Under the pieces are notes generated by a model. It worked only from the letters and a program-made list of their open reading frames with translations, was not told where the DNA came from and searched no databases. The position numbers were made by a program, and so were the translations under genes. Source: Octopus sinensis (lineage: Eukaryota). Taken from it: DNA of 64,000 nucleotides. Positions 23,501 through 37,400 of this stretch are shown here, piece after piece; the first letter of the stretch is position 1; every line of letters starts with the position of its first letter. The stretch spans positions 61,938,001-62,002,000 of the forward strand of contig NC_043000.1 of the NCBI RefSeq assembly GCF_006345805.1, in the 5' to 3' direction.

Positions 23501-23781
23501 GATTTTTGTTTGTTCCTTCTCGAGTCATGCCTGGCTCATAAGGGCCGGTTTCCCGGCGTATAGGTTCCTCACCTGGACGGGACGCCGGTGAGCTGCAAGA
23601 GGAAAGAGTGAGAGAAAGTTGTGGTGAAAGAGTCAGCAGAAGTTTCGCCATTACCTTCTGCCGGAGCCGCATGGAGCGTAGGTGTTTCGCTCATAAACAC
23701 ACACATCGCCCGGTCTGAGATTCGAACCCGCGATCCCTCGACTGCGAGTCCACTGCTCTAACCACTAGGCCATGTGCCTTC
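23501..23781 (-). mobile_element. Full-length tRNA-derived SINE (head A, tail X)
   Basis: A box TGGCCTAGTGG, B box GGTTCGAATC; first ~190 nt shared with 51717-52103, then a different tail. Accounts for ORF 23382-23672. Confidence 0.85.
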
Positions 23782-26700
23782 ATTTGAAATATGATACATC
23801 TATAAAAACATTAATATTTTATAATTATGTCCGAGCTTATTTTGAGTTAATTGAAAAATGAATCAATAATTCCTTAAAATATTTCCTAAGTCAATTAGTT
23901 CAGGGCTCTTGTTTGTCTGAATTGGTAGAGAGACGAACATGTTTCATATTTTAAGTTGCTTTACTGTAGGTTCTGAGTTAAATTCCTCCAAGGTCGATTT
24001 AATTTTCATCAGCTAAGGGTCGACAAAATAAATACTATTCCACTACAGGCGTTACTTTCATCAACTTCATCTCTGTCCTAAAATGTGCGGCAATAATCCA
24101 ATGTCGATGTTAGTTTTCGATTTCGGAAAATTAAATTGTTATAATGTTTTCTATGAAAACCTTCCGATCATATGAAGAATAGATTTTCACTGTTCTGAAT
24201 GAATATAGTAGCATTATTATAAACCACTTCTTGAATTTAACAAGGTCTAGTTACTTCTCTTTAGATACATAACTATATTTCCACAGAAATGATTTACTAT
24301 AATTTCAGCTTCAATAAAAGTGATTATTTATTTACTGACAGCAAGACATAAACGGCCAGTTTTGAACTTTAAACTCTATAGTAATACATTTACTTAAAGA
24401 CTATAATACCATTAAGCAAATCATTGTCATGTAAAGAAGAGATTTGATTTGATGACTAATTAGCTTATGAGTCATTAAATGACTTCTGTTTTACTTACAT
24501 GCTAACTCCTAATTACACCGGAATACGGTACCATAAAAGCAGGCTATCTCCATTTCTTTTCATTTTGGCAAATATATTCTTAAAGAGATATCGGCTATTT
24601 TTATTTGCAACAAAGTATTATGCTTAAACTATTTTTAACAATGTTACTGTTAAAGCTATACTTCTGTTATTTGCAACTGAAATTACGAATAAAATCGAAT
24701 TATTGATATAACGCATAAAAGGAAAATAAAATATATAATCATTTTTTCCGGCTTTAAAAATAAAATAAAGTTCGCTATACAAAGAATTCTTAACGATTAA
24801 TCCAGTTACTAACTGCAGCTAATTTCAGCAACATATTTTCATGTAGCTGATACTCTAAAAAATACCGGAAAAGGAACAAAATACTCTCTTAGATGTTCAT
24901 CAATCACTCATAAATAGTCGAGAAAACTCCTGCAAAACATTTTCCAACTTCTTCTGCATTCCCTGTATCTGAATAAGATACGGGAGGTAATTGCGAGATT
25001 GCCTTTGATTTTTTATGTTAACTCGGCTAGAACGGATCGGAAATTAACCGACAACAACGACAACTGTGGTATCATTTTATTCACACAACATCAGTACCGC
25101 ATACAGTTTAATAATATTCTATTTTAGGTTGGTACTTGATACACATACTTTAAATAAATGAACTTCTGCAATGAGCATTGCCAAATTTACGCGCTCACTA
25201 TTGCTGGTACATTTGCTTGCTTAGCTCAAATCTATACTGATTAAGAAGATCAAAGCTGATTAAAGGTTTTCAAAACAAGACAGTTTGTTTTGTTTTTTTT
25301 TCCTTGCAGAGGGGTTTCAAGACACCATTATTCAATGTGCCCTTAATTTCAAAGACGAGGTGAGATTTGACGAAAAATGTACTACTATTTTTAATCGGCT
25401 GAACGACCAAGTAAAAATTTCAATCCAACTCTTCACTCAGATTTAGTACAAATTCCAATCATAACATTTTCAGACAATCTGCATTGGTGAAGTAACCTAT
25501 ATACATGACTGTCAAAGCTACTTTCCAAGCTGTAGTCCTTCCCTTCAAAGCTAGAAAGTCGTTCACTTCTAATCATCGGTTGGCTCTCTTTAAAATCCTA
25601 GGGCAAATCTCTTCTCCGTCAGCAGTAACGCCACGCCACATACACAAATGTTTAACAGCATCGAAACTAAAGTAATATGGTTGATTCCTCAATGTATTGT
25701 AGCCACCACTCATATTCTATCTACGATTTTTGTTCTGGATTGCAGAAAATAGACGAAGAGAAAATGCTCTCCGTGTTGAATATGGATATAATCACTACGA
25801 TGAATGAACATAACTGATTAGTTCAGGGAAAATTTATTACGTTGGACATTTAATAAATTTACCTTATTCATTAACGAGTGTAAAATAAATTCTTATCTGA
25901 AATTGCTTCTACTCTGCTGAGCTAGAAGATTATGGTCAGCATCAACACAATTCTTTAATGCACCGATATAACGTCTCTCATTATTATTACAATAACTTAA
26001 TCAACTCAAATGAAATATATTTATTTAATTCTCTCATCTGGGTAGGCACCACCCAGAATATACATACTCTCCAGCCTTTTACGGCAACTAGAACCATCAT
26101 CCACACCAATGTCAGAAAGCCTGGGGTAGAGACATAACGGGCTTTTGTTTCGTATCTTGTGACTATTAAATGAAACAAAGTTGATAGAATGCCAATTACC
26201 TAATATTTAACGTTGTAAGTATAAAATATCACAGTTAATGAGAAATGATATATCAAGAATTATGAGAATCCTATCTCTAGAGAACTTTAATTCTGATCGA
26301 TTCATAGTCAATATACAACTGCAGATATTAGATTCCAGTCAATAAATCATACGTCTCATTCTAATATGCGGTAGACTAGGATTTTAATAATATAACAGTC
26401 TATATAATAATTTTACCAGCACAAATAGTCGAATGCTTTTCAGAATAGTTTCATATAATGTACGAGATAAAGTGCCATAGTAGACAGACAAGTGAAAATA
26501 TTTTTATTTTACATTCAATTAGTGAAACTATCTCTGGATGTCTGAAATATATTTTATATGCAGTTGTCAATCATTCCGTAAACTGAACCCGCTATAAATT
26601 CAACAACCAATAGGAGATAAAGTATTAGGAACTTCATTCAGACAAATTTGATAGCCATTCTTAAATTAATAAATAATCCCGAAGTGTTAGATATCTTCAC

Positions 26701-27435
26701 TATTAGAGGTGCAGTGTATATAATGTTGCCTATTACTTCAAATAATTCTCAATGGCATCAATAAAGTACTTTAGGCTAACTATTTCTGATCAATATTAAT
26801 AGTCATAGTTTATCTCTGGTGGCGCTGATAGGGATGTATACTTTCCAAATTCAAAATAACTTTTATACCGGATGCATAAATAACGCGTCAAAACGATAAA
26901 CAGTGTACCACGACACAATAAAATCTACTTAGGTTTTTAATTGTTCATAAATATTAATAATTGTGCAAATTTAGTTGCATAGAAACAACTATTTTTAAAT
27001 GCTATTACTTATAAGATTTTATTTCATTTCTATAGTGACTGTTAATTATATATTAAAATATATATTTTCGAATTTTAAAAAAAATGACTAAATAAAACAT
27101 TTAATATCCTGAATTAATAGGATACATCAATCAATCGATATGCCATCTACTCTTTCAAAGGGTGTAGGAGAGTTTCTGCCTGAATTCATTCTTCATAATG
27201 TTACCATTTTTATAAATGGAGTTATTCGTTACTCAGTTAAATCATATATATGCGACATAATCGCATATTTATGAGATAGAGTCAAAGTACTAACTATAAG
27301 TGAACCTTTCAAAGAGTAGCTACTCAATAATGCAGTGATACGTATCGTAGTATAAATTATTTGTGTGTGTTTCTGTGTGTGGGTACATATGTGTGTGTGA
27401 GTGTGTTTGTGTGTGTGTGTGTGCGTATGCTTAGT

Positions 27436-27705
27436 GAGGGCACGTGACTTAGTGATTAGAATATTCGGATCACGATGCTAAGGTCATGAGTTCGATTCTC
27501 GTGCTTGCCCTGTGTCCTTCACATTGCTCCTGTTGACTCAGCCAGTAAAAGTGAACTGTAGCTGTAATTCAAACGGTGAGCTTTGTCACACTCTGCGTCA
27601 CGCTGAATCTTCCTCAAAACGATATGAAGCGTACATGTGTTTGTGGAGTGCTCAGCCATGTTAGTTTAACGAGCAGGCCTTTCCGTTGATCGAATCAACT
27701 GGAAC
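27436..27705 (+). mobile_element. tRNA-derived SINE (head B, tail Y)
   Basis: Decayed A/B boxes; tail gtggagtgctcagcca...ttccgttgatcgaatcaactggaac shared with 51717-52103. Confidence 0.75.
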
Positions 27706-27706
27706 A

Positions 27707-27710
27707 TATA

Positions 27711-27798
<88 letters not shown>

Positions 27799-27847
27799 TG
27801 TTTATGTATGTGTGCATGGATTTATGTATGTGTGTGTATTTCTATTA

Positions 27848-27906
<59 letters not shown>

Positions 27907-27915
27907 AATCAATCA

Positions 27916-28005
<90 letters not shown>

Positions 28006-28035
28006 ATGTATGTATGTATGTATGTATGTATATAT
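27707..28035. repeat. Compound microsatellite (TATG)(TA)(TCTA)(TCAA)(TCTG)(TATG)
   Basis: Directly visible; source of the 141 aa and 204 aa pseudo-ORFs. Confidence 0.97.
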
Positions 28036-28231
28036 GTCGGTCGGCCTCTCTGTCACTCTAACTACTTATCAATATATCTTTCTAGATATCTACCTAGCTA
28101 TTACTCCCTAGCTATACTGTCTGCTCTTTTTGCGTTTCTTGGGATTCACCTTGATAATAGATATTGCCTTGACATCGAATCTCGTTTACAACTATATATG
28201 CATACCAACATACTTACTTGCATACATACAT

Positions 28232-28783
28232 ACATGGTGGCTGTACCCTCGTTATCGAGTATGGCCATTGCACGAAGCTTAATTAATGTTATTATCGTGC
28301 AATGCCTGTGCAAGAAGATTTTTTTAAAGTGAGGAAGGCTGTGCACTGAGTCAATCCCACTCATTAAGCAATAGCAGCCATAATCTGAAACGAAGAACAA
28401 GTCAACATCCTCGGTAACCACTGAGCCGCAGGTTTTATGTTTTTATCCCAGTTACCTGAGTTACCTTCTCCTAGAAGGATGCCCTAACAAAGTCTAGGAG
28501 TCATTCACTCCCGATGGTTTAACCGCGCGATCGGGTATTCTGTCCGATTATTTCTATGTCCTCACGCATGATACATCCTTAAGACATTTATTGGATGGCC
28601 GTTGACTCTCAAGAGTTCCTCCGCCCTTTGACGGGTTTTGTTTTTCATCCCGCAGGGTGTCCAATAAACACCCTCATCACCAATCAAGCTGGTGGAGTTG
28701 CCGGTTTAGTCGCCGACGACCCGACCATGCAACAGGTTGTACTGGGTTACATGGTACCAGCAGCACTCGAAAGTGACCTGGCA
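28232..28783 (-). mobile_element. Non-autonomous bipartite RTE-like element inserted in (ATGT)n
   Basis: GC-richer 550 bp island between TACA repeats; the - strand has TCTAGGAGAAGGTAACTC (recalled RTE 5' UTR motif) and ends CCATACTCGATAACGAGGG...(ATGT)n (recalled RTE-like tail). Family assignment is from memory only. Confidence 0.55.
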
Positions 28784-28837
28784 TATACATATATACATAC
28801 ATACATACATACATACATACATACATACATACATACA

Positions 28838-28871
<34 letters not shown>

Positions 28872-31399
28872 CAAGTAGACACAGACAGAAAATACCTATG
28901 CTGAACTATTGAGGAATCTACAACTACTCTATCCAGGTTACATGTTCAGGTTTATACCTGAATCATTATGGCACTGGGATATGTAATACACTGTCTATAT
29001 ACCAATCTTGCGAAGTTAGGCTTCTCAAAACCAGAAAGGAGAAACCATCACTGGAACTTTAAGAAACTTGTACAACTTTCCAGAAGTTTATCATTTAAAT
29101 ATATTGTATATGAGCATGTCTAGATATGCAAGTGTATGCAAGAAATTACGTATATGAAACAAAACATAAATCTGCGTATATACATGTATGCGTACATACA
29201 AACATACAAAAATATCTTTTGACGTCGAAATTCCAATGAAGAAGCCTTGAATCTAAGTTAGAAACCGTCTCTTTCTCTTTTGACAAGTAATCTTGAAATA
29301 AACTCAACAATGTCATATATACTTACAGAAATATACGCATGTATACATGCATATATATGTGTGTGTATATATTTGCGTGTGTGTATATATGTGTGTTTGT
29401 ATGAGTGCCTCTGTGAATTTGAGTTTATATCTTAATTCTTATCTTTTGTTTCGGGTTCAACCCGAGCACTTCTTTTTAGCAGTTCTATATAGTTCGTAAG
29501 AAAGAACAAAAAATGATTTTATACATATATATATATATATAATTGATAACAAAAAGGGTTGTGGAGATTTATTCACATCAAAACTTTTTATTAAAACGTT
29601 TTGTACAGCATATATATTACAATGATAAACATATGCAGCAACTGCACATTGCTCTGTATGCAATTTTGCATCATATTCTCTGCAATTTCATCAAGGGTCC
29701 ATCACTTACGACGTTTTCAAAGTGACTGTCCACTTCTGACTGTAGAAGTCCATCACTGGCTATCAAGAACATTGTACACTGAGACAAAAATTTATTCAAC
29801 AGATGTTGCTCCGCTGGTGATTAATGACCCAAGATCTTGACAACATAAACATGCGCAGGTATTGTATACCAACCTCCATACTTTACGCATCCACACCTGC
29901 ACACACAGACACACATACACACATATGCAGACTTGTTGTAACGTGTATGTATATATAGAGGGAAAACATGGTACATTATGTATATGAAAAAAACAATATA
30001 CTGACGTGGGGGCTGCCTATTGGCATATAGCTGTTAGAGAATATGTATTCAGTAGTATAAGTTTTAATTTATTCAGCTTTCATACCATTTCCTTAGATGT
30101 AGAGCAAAATTGTCGATTGTATTAATTCCAGGATGGTGATAACATTTAGCTAAAAGAATTTACAATAGGGAACATCACATCAGAAAGAATATTTGAAGAC
30201 AAGCCTCACCGTTTGTAGCATTACCTTCTATATCTTACTTTGATTTCTCACATTGGAGCAAAGCTTCAAGTAACTTAATCGGGAGAGATCATATTAAGCT
30301 AAATCCCCTAAATTTCATTTTATTGATTTCTCTGTTATAAAATATATTGTTGCCTCAAGTGAAATGGAAACTCAGAATACTGTAAAGCATTTAAGTCACA
30401 TCTCTACTGCTTCCCACAAATTAATATCCTTGAGCCAATTTTTACGAGGTCGCTTGACTTTCAAGAAATAACAACCAAATATTCTTTAAATGTCATACTG
30501 AAATATTAAACGAATAACATATTATTCTAGGTAACCTATTTCTAAAATTATTATAGGATGGCGCTTTCAACTTCGGTATGATAGTGAATGATCTAAATAG
30601 TTACTAGATTTATTAGTCAATCTTTTACTTATATTAACAAATCAAAATATTTGTGTTGTTTTTAAGATGTTTAGCGTTATAGAACCCGGTTATAGAATGG
30701 CTGTTTATGATAATGTTACAACCAGAATTTGAGGGTTACAATGTTCGATCCTCTGAAGCGGCTTAATGGCCAGTTTCTTTTCCGTCTTCTATGGATATTA
30801 AAACGACCTTCTAAAATGTTTTCACAGCTATTCTGCGTCCGAGGTTTCCCTTACTTTGTGTAAAATACCAACTCATTCGGCACTCTAAACTTTCTTTATA
30901 ATATTATTTATCAGCGATTACATGAAATGATAAAAAGCAATCCACGTTTTGACAACATCACACATTACCTTTCGGAAATAGATTATAAACAAAGGGGGGC
31001 TCCTCATGTTCATATCAACATTCGGGTGGATTGAGCACCAATTTATAAGAAAGATTCTCTAGTAAACATTCAAATATATATAGAACAATATACTACTCGC
31101 AGATTGCCATGTTCAGTATCTAGCCCCACTGTTTACAATTTGGTCAATCATTTTCAAATGGATCCACGGAGCAAAACTTGCTGGAGAATTTATGGAAAAG
31201 GAAAATCTATTGTCAGAAATGTCGATTCCGCTTTCCTTAGCCTGGACGAAGATTCATTTCCTTCCCTGTTGCTGGAAATATCACATTAAGATGAAAAATA
31301 TGTTAAATGGCTTCACAATCTTCAAAGAAAATCATGAAAAATTTATGATTGATTCCAGTCCTTTACTTTGATAATGAAGATCATAAAGATAAAGTTGTT

Positions 31400-32580
31400 A
31401 GATTATAGTGATAGGAGCGTTTCCTGAAAAATGTGAATTAGAAGGAAAATGTGGGCGCAGAGTGCTAGCTTATTCTTAAGAATTGAACTTGGAAAAGTAC
31501 AGAACAAGCAGTTAGTTAAGCCTGGAAAAGTACGGGACAAAAAGACATAGACTTATAATGTTATTGCCGAAGTTAATGAAAAATGAAAAGAACTCAGTAA
31601 TAAATAAATAAGTTTTTATATTTTTCATTTTACATAAAAGTTCAAATTAACTCATCATGCAGCAAATACCATCATGTGTGATATTCGGACTACAGTTGGG
31701 AAGACAAGCCACCAGATGTGATTAAAAGGAGACGATGAGCAACGCTTAGAAGAATATTGGACGAAGTCTAATAACCAGTTGATCTAGCAAGTGGAGCCTC
31801 ATTTCAGGAGGAGGGCGGGGCGCAATGATGTCGTTGAGAGGAAGGGTTCGAAACGCCTGCATTCTCTCTTGATGGCCTCATAAACTTCGTAACATCCGGT
31901 ATGTGGAGCTTGCATCTGAAAGCACTTGCATCTGCCAGTTGTTTTCAAAGAATCATTAAATATTAAATATTACAAATTTAGTGTTTTGTATACTTAAATA
32001 ATCACATACCATTTTCAGCAAAACTGACAATGTATTATCACACATAAGTTTTATTTTTAAAGTGTCATTTTTATATTTTGCATTCAATTTGTTCACCAGC
32101 TTTGGTTTTTTTAAATAATTTTCTGAAAATATTTTGTTTAAAGTAATTAATTCTTTCGTTTCTTTCAAAAATTGTCTACACTTAACTCTTATTTCTGAAT
32201 TACATATAATCTCTACGAGTTTAATTTTAACACGGTAGCTGTGATTTAAAATGTTTGAATGTGTTTTGTTACGAAAATGAAATTTAAATACAGAAATGTT
32301 TTCCTTTAATGCAAAAAAAATTTTAATGAAAAATATTAACGTAAATTTTTAATAGTTACAATGAAAAGCAAAACATATTTTAAAAAACTCCAAAAACAGC
32401 ACACATTATTTGATTAACAATTTCAGAAATTTATTTAGTAAATTCTAACTTCAATAGCATTATTGTAAGATTTTTCTTCTTGTACTGTACTTTTCCAGGT
32501 TCAGTATTTAAGAATATTATAGTACACTGCATTCGCATTTTTTATTCTGGAATATGTTCTACAATATAATCATGAATAGG
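31400..32580. mobile_element. Old element with long imperfect inverted repeats
   Basis: 31471-31507 vs the reverse complement of 32480-32516 match at 32/37; weaker similarity extends about 70 bp outward. Confidence 0.55.
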
Positions 32581-32903
32581 AAAATTATGTTTCAGACTTT
32601 AAAACTTTATGAAAGACTTAAAATATGCTAATATATTCTAACGTTTATATATGTCCTATTTTTCGTATAATTCTGTGGCTTCAAGCGATACACTTTGACA
32701 AGTGTTTAAAACCGATTAAATGTAATGTTGCATGCTATATCTAAATTATATGGTAATTTAAACAAATTATATTTATTCTATGAAGGTATTTCTCATAATA
32801 GAAATAATAATGCGAAACTCAATTTACACACAAGTATATTAACTATGAATAATCGCATAATACATATAACACACACATACACACACACACATACAAACAC
32901 ACA

Positions 32904-32904
<1 letters not shown>

Positions 32905-32947
<43 letters not shown>

Positions 32948-32956
32948 TAGATAGAT

Positions 32957-33013
<57 letters not shown>

Positions 33014-33040
33014 AAGATAGATAGATAGATAGATAGATAT
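32905..33040. repeat. (TA)n-(GATA)n microsatellite
   Basis: Directly visible. Confidence 0.97.
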
Positions 33041-33609
33041 AAAATCTCCCAAACGCAGAAAAGAACTTTGCAATAGAAACAGGCTATGAAACGACGGAAC
33101 AGCTACTAAAATATAATATATGCAGAAATTCATTCAGCAAAACAGTTTATAAGAGACCTACACAGAATAACTAACTGTCGGCTTGAAACTAAATAAACAA
33201 CACAAAAGAGAAACCGTAGCGAGCAACCAGTGAATACTGGTTAAAGCCTAATAAACTGCTACAGAATAAAAAGTCATTTCAAGTGAAATGTAAACAAATA
33301 TACATAATACAAATGAACCGAAATCCGAAATTAGAAGAATACAATGAACATCTATTAAATCGGATTTCAACTTATGAGAAAGTTCGAAGCAACAAACTCA
33401 GTGAAAGCAATGTATTAAATGATAACTTGCTATAAACAAAAGATTAAAAAATGTGGTGATGTGAATTATAGTCAATGACTAAAGGTGACAATAGAATACC
33501 AGCATGCAAGCAACGAAAATGTTAATCCATTGTTGACTTTCCACACAAATAAACAACAACAAAAGCTATAACAACAATAATAATAAGCGTTTCGGATTTT
33601 CGCACAGAA

Positions 33610-33744
33610 GTGTGTAAGTCGATTACGTCGACCCCAGTGCTCAATTAGTACTGATTTTATCGAACCCGAAAGGGTGAAAGGCAAAGTCGCCCTCGGCGGA
33701 ATTTGAATTCAGAACATAAAGACAAGAGCAATACCGCTAAGCAT
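33610..33744 (-). mobile_element. SINE fragment (family of 20167-20378)
   Basis: gtcgattacgtcgaccccagtgctcaa...ggcaaagtcgccctcggcggaatttgaa. Confidence 0.8.
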
Positions 33745-35409
33745 AACAATAATAATGATGATGATAAAGATCTCAAGTTAATATTAGAAACCAACCAATA
33801 AAATCCTGTTCCGCTTAATCAATAGGTAATGAATTTGAATGAACTGTAAGTAAAACAGTTCTCGCCTGAAGCCTGCTGTGGTGTGAAACTTGAGTTGTGA
33901 GAGAAATAAAATTCTGTTTAAGTACATAATACAATCTACAACATGTACACGCTATTCTCCTCCTTATTCATTAAGGGATTAGAACATTTGAATCTCTCCT
34001 CTCTCACTCTCTCTCTCACTCACTCTTTCTCCCTCTCCCTCTCCCTCCTTATATAAATCTGTTTACGAAGCTATCTTTCCATCTCCCCACGCACACACGC
34101 GCGCACACACACACACACACATACCACACATACGTGCATAGACTGACATATTCATATAAGTATATATTTACATAAATGTTTTTGCGTACATGTGTACGTG
34201 TGTGTGGAGCTTGTATGTTTGTAAGCGTATGAGTGTGCTTAGTGTTTTATATTATGATAGCAGAAAGAAGATAGGTTAGTTGAACGTTCAGTCCGACATA
34301 TGACAAACTTCAGCATTAAGAGTGGCACTGTAGCGGTGAACATATCGTTGGGTAATAAACGCAAGCTGCCAATATGAAGTTTTACTTGTACTGTCAGTGA
34401 AGCGAAATTACAGTGCAGTTGTTCCTTCTAAACAGTAACCTATCACAATAGCTATATGTGTTAAAGAATATCGACCATTTGGCCTTGTAATGATACTTAG
34501 CAATGAACAAACTATTATCACGTACCTTACACAGGTGAGTTTTAATGATAAATGATCAAAACAAACATATTTATAAAATACAAATATAAATCAGTTTACT
34601 GAGGAAATGTGTTACTGTTGTAGGATACAGCACTGCATTAGTTAAACCCCGAAGAAATTAGAATGAAAACAAAATATTTCAAAATATTTCAGAAGAATGA
34701 TTTGAGAAAAATTAATTTACAATCATTTTAAACATAGATTTTGAGAATAAGTATGTGTTTATGTGTGAGCAATCGATTGAGTAAAAATTCAATATATCGC
34801 ATTGTTCACCGTTACAAAAATGCATATATTAAAATCGTCGAATTTATTGACTTCGTGTTGTGAGAGAGAAAAACCAATCGATTATTCTAACTGCATAAGA
34901 TAAAGATAAATACGTATCAAACCACAATATGCCCGGTAAACTCATAATTTAATTTAGAAGTATACTATCACCGAGATAAGCTAGTTAAAAAATTCAATAA
35001 CACAGTAAAGTGTTCATAAATAATATGAACTATTTCCTACATTCACAAATATGATACAGTAATTAAATTATAGAATAAATTAGCTTTAGTGAAGACGTTG
35101 CATAGTAAAGAAGCTTGCTTTGCAAAAATGGGCTCTCCAGTTCGATACTCCTGCACGACACAGAGGGATTTCTCGTGTTGATCCAAGCTCATCGCTTTAG
35201 TTTAAAAGAACATCATTGACAAATATAATTCTGATTCTATTCCAGATCTTTATAAATTGTACATACTTTTGTGGAAGACTCAGTCACTGACACTGTAACA
35301 CATGTTGGTTGTTTCATTCTTCAATATGTAGTACTCAATCACTCAATCTAAGAGCCGATCTATCAAGCAGCATTAACACAATGCATCCACAATGCATTCA
35401 CAAAGACAG

Positions 35410-35440
<31 letters not shown>

Positions 35441-37204
35441 CTGCAGCACGAACATAAATTAAGGTATTTATATTCAAGATTGTAACTTGCTTTCTTTGCA
35501 AATTTATGCGACGAAATCTTTTTGTTTGCATTCATGACGAAAACGAACAAATTCAGAGAATAATAGATTGTAAAGTGTTTAAACTTAACTAGAAAGAAGA
35601 ATTAAATTATTCAAAATTTAAAAAAATCTAATTTCTTATTTGTGCTGTGCCTTGTCTTGTTTTGCCTACATTTGTTGGGTACAGTAGTCAGCTAGTCACA
35701 TAGCAAATGCATTAATGTTATTTTTACCGAAGCAAAAATTTGTCGCAGGCAAACAAGCAGCTTTTACTTGAAATTGGCTGTACACTTAAGTAATAATTAT
35801 AGCTTTTCTATTTGCTAATTCTAATATTGAAAATGTATTCTTCAGGAGATGTAGCGAATCAAATAGATTTGTGATGTGCTGTTGCCCAAAGCACTACTTT
35901 TTGAGTACATTGAATTCGCTTTTCCTTTCCGTATACTTTCTCTTTTTAATATCATGACAATGATACAAAGGGGAATTGAAGCAGGAATTTGATATTCAGT
36001 CTCTTTATTTCAAAATATAAAATTTCTGTAAGAATTTGGACATCGTACATCTATTTAATAGGCTACTTTATCATTATTTCCTTTAAACTTACGTTCTGTA
36101 TGTGTATCTCTAGGGGAAATATTTGGTTTTGTTCGTGTACCAGTAAATAGGAATATTTGACGCTTTATTACTCGTTGGGAACGTAATTTTCTTGTTATGA
36201 ATTGAATCGTTCCTTTGAATGCTATAGACGTCGAGTAATAGCATTTTCGCATGAACACGAATAAGACACACACACAAACAACAGATATATTATCTTGGCT
36301 CAGGTGATTTACTAGAAATATCTGAAGAAAATAACAGTTTTCTCTTCTTTCCAATATATTAGCTATCGGATTCTATAACACAGAATATATGAATATATGC
36401 TGAAGATATGTGATATGCAAAGGTGCTCTTAGAAGGTGAGGGTAAAGAATATAACTTTAGATATAACACAAGGATGCAGCAACTCTAAACCAGAATTGTT
36501 ATCAATTCTTTCTTTCTACACAATTTCTACACCTAACGTGTTAACCGATCTTGGATTTTATGCATAAGCATTTATATATGTGTGTGTGTATGTGTGGGCG
36601 TGTGTGTATGTGTGTGAGTGTGTGCGTGTGTGTACATGTGTTCGTGTGTGTGTATGTGTGAGCGTGCGCACGCGTGTGTTTGAGTGTGTTTACACATGTG
36701 CCCCACAAATCAGATCTATTGTGAATTTGGAAAGAAAAATATAGCTACATGGATTGAAATTCGTTTTCTGTAGTTTGATATTTTTAGGGAAAATCCATGT
36801 AATATTTTTCAATGAAAATGAGCTAAAAGAAATAACTCTTAATCTGAATTTGAAGTATGCAAAACTTTATAAGCAGCATGAAGTGCCATAACACGTATTC
36901 TATCAAAAAAATGTTTATTTCACACGACAAACTGGAAATTTCAGGACCGCTGAAATCATTAGATCATTCTCCAAAGTGTATTTTCATCGGATTATTTCCA
37001 GTTCTATAAATTCAAATAGATTCTGTATTATGTTGCAAGCATAAATTCATTCATAAGTTAAACAATAAAAGTATATCGTCATAAGACCAAAAATCAAACT
37101 TGAAATGAGCATGTAAATTTCCTCCCAATCTTATATCAATCATTTCTATTGTTAAATAACAATTTTATCAGAGTTTTATTTCCTGTCTTATTATTCTGAG
37201 TGAA

Positions 37205-37400
37205 GGATCATGAACTAGTGGTTAGGATATTTCTATCCCTATCATACGATTGTGATTTCAATTCCAAGGTCGATCAGCGCTTCACGTTCTTGAGCAAAAG
37301 ACTTCATTACACATTGCAGAAGTTCACACAGCTCTAAATGAACAATCCTGCGACGAGCTAGCGTCTCGTTCAAGGAGAAAGTTTTGATATCGGTCACTTA
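37205..37400 (+). mobile_element. Old tRNA-headed SINE with a CORE-like segment
   Basis: ctagtggttagg...ttgagcaaaagacttc...cctgcgacgagctagcgtctcgttcaagg; resemblance judged from memory. Confidence 0.5.

Noticed and set aside
29231-29275. ATGAAGA...GAAACCGTC hammerhead-like motif
   Set aside because: C3 is absent, stem II is weak and no stem I is adjacent; at most a decayed remnant.
31825-31920. Box C/D snoRNA (ATGATG...CTGA)
   Set aside because: Imperfect box C and no terminal stem or recognisable guide.
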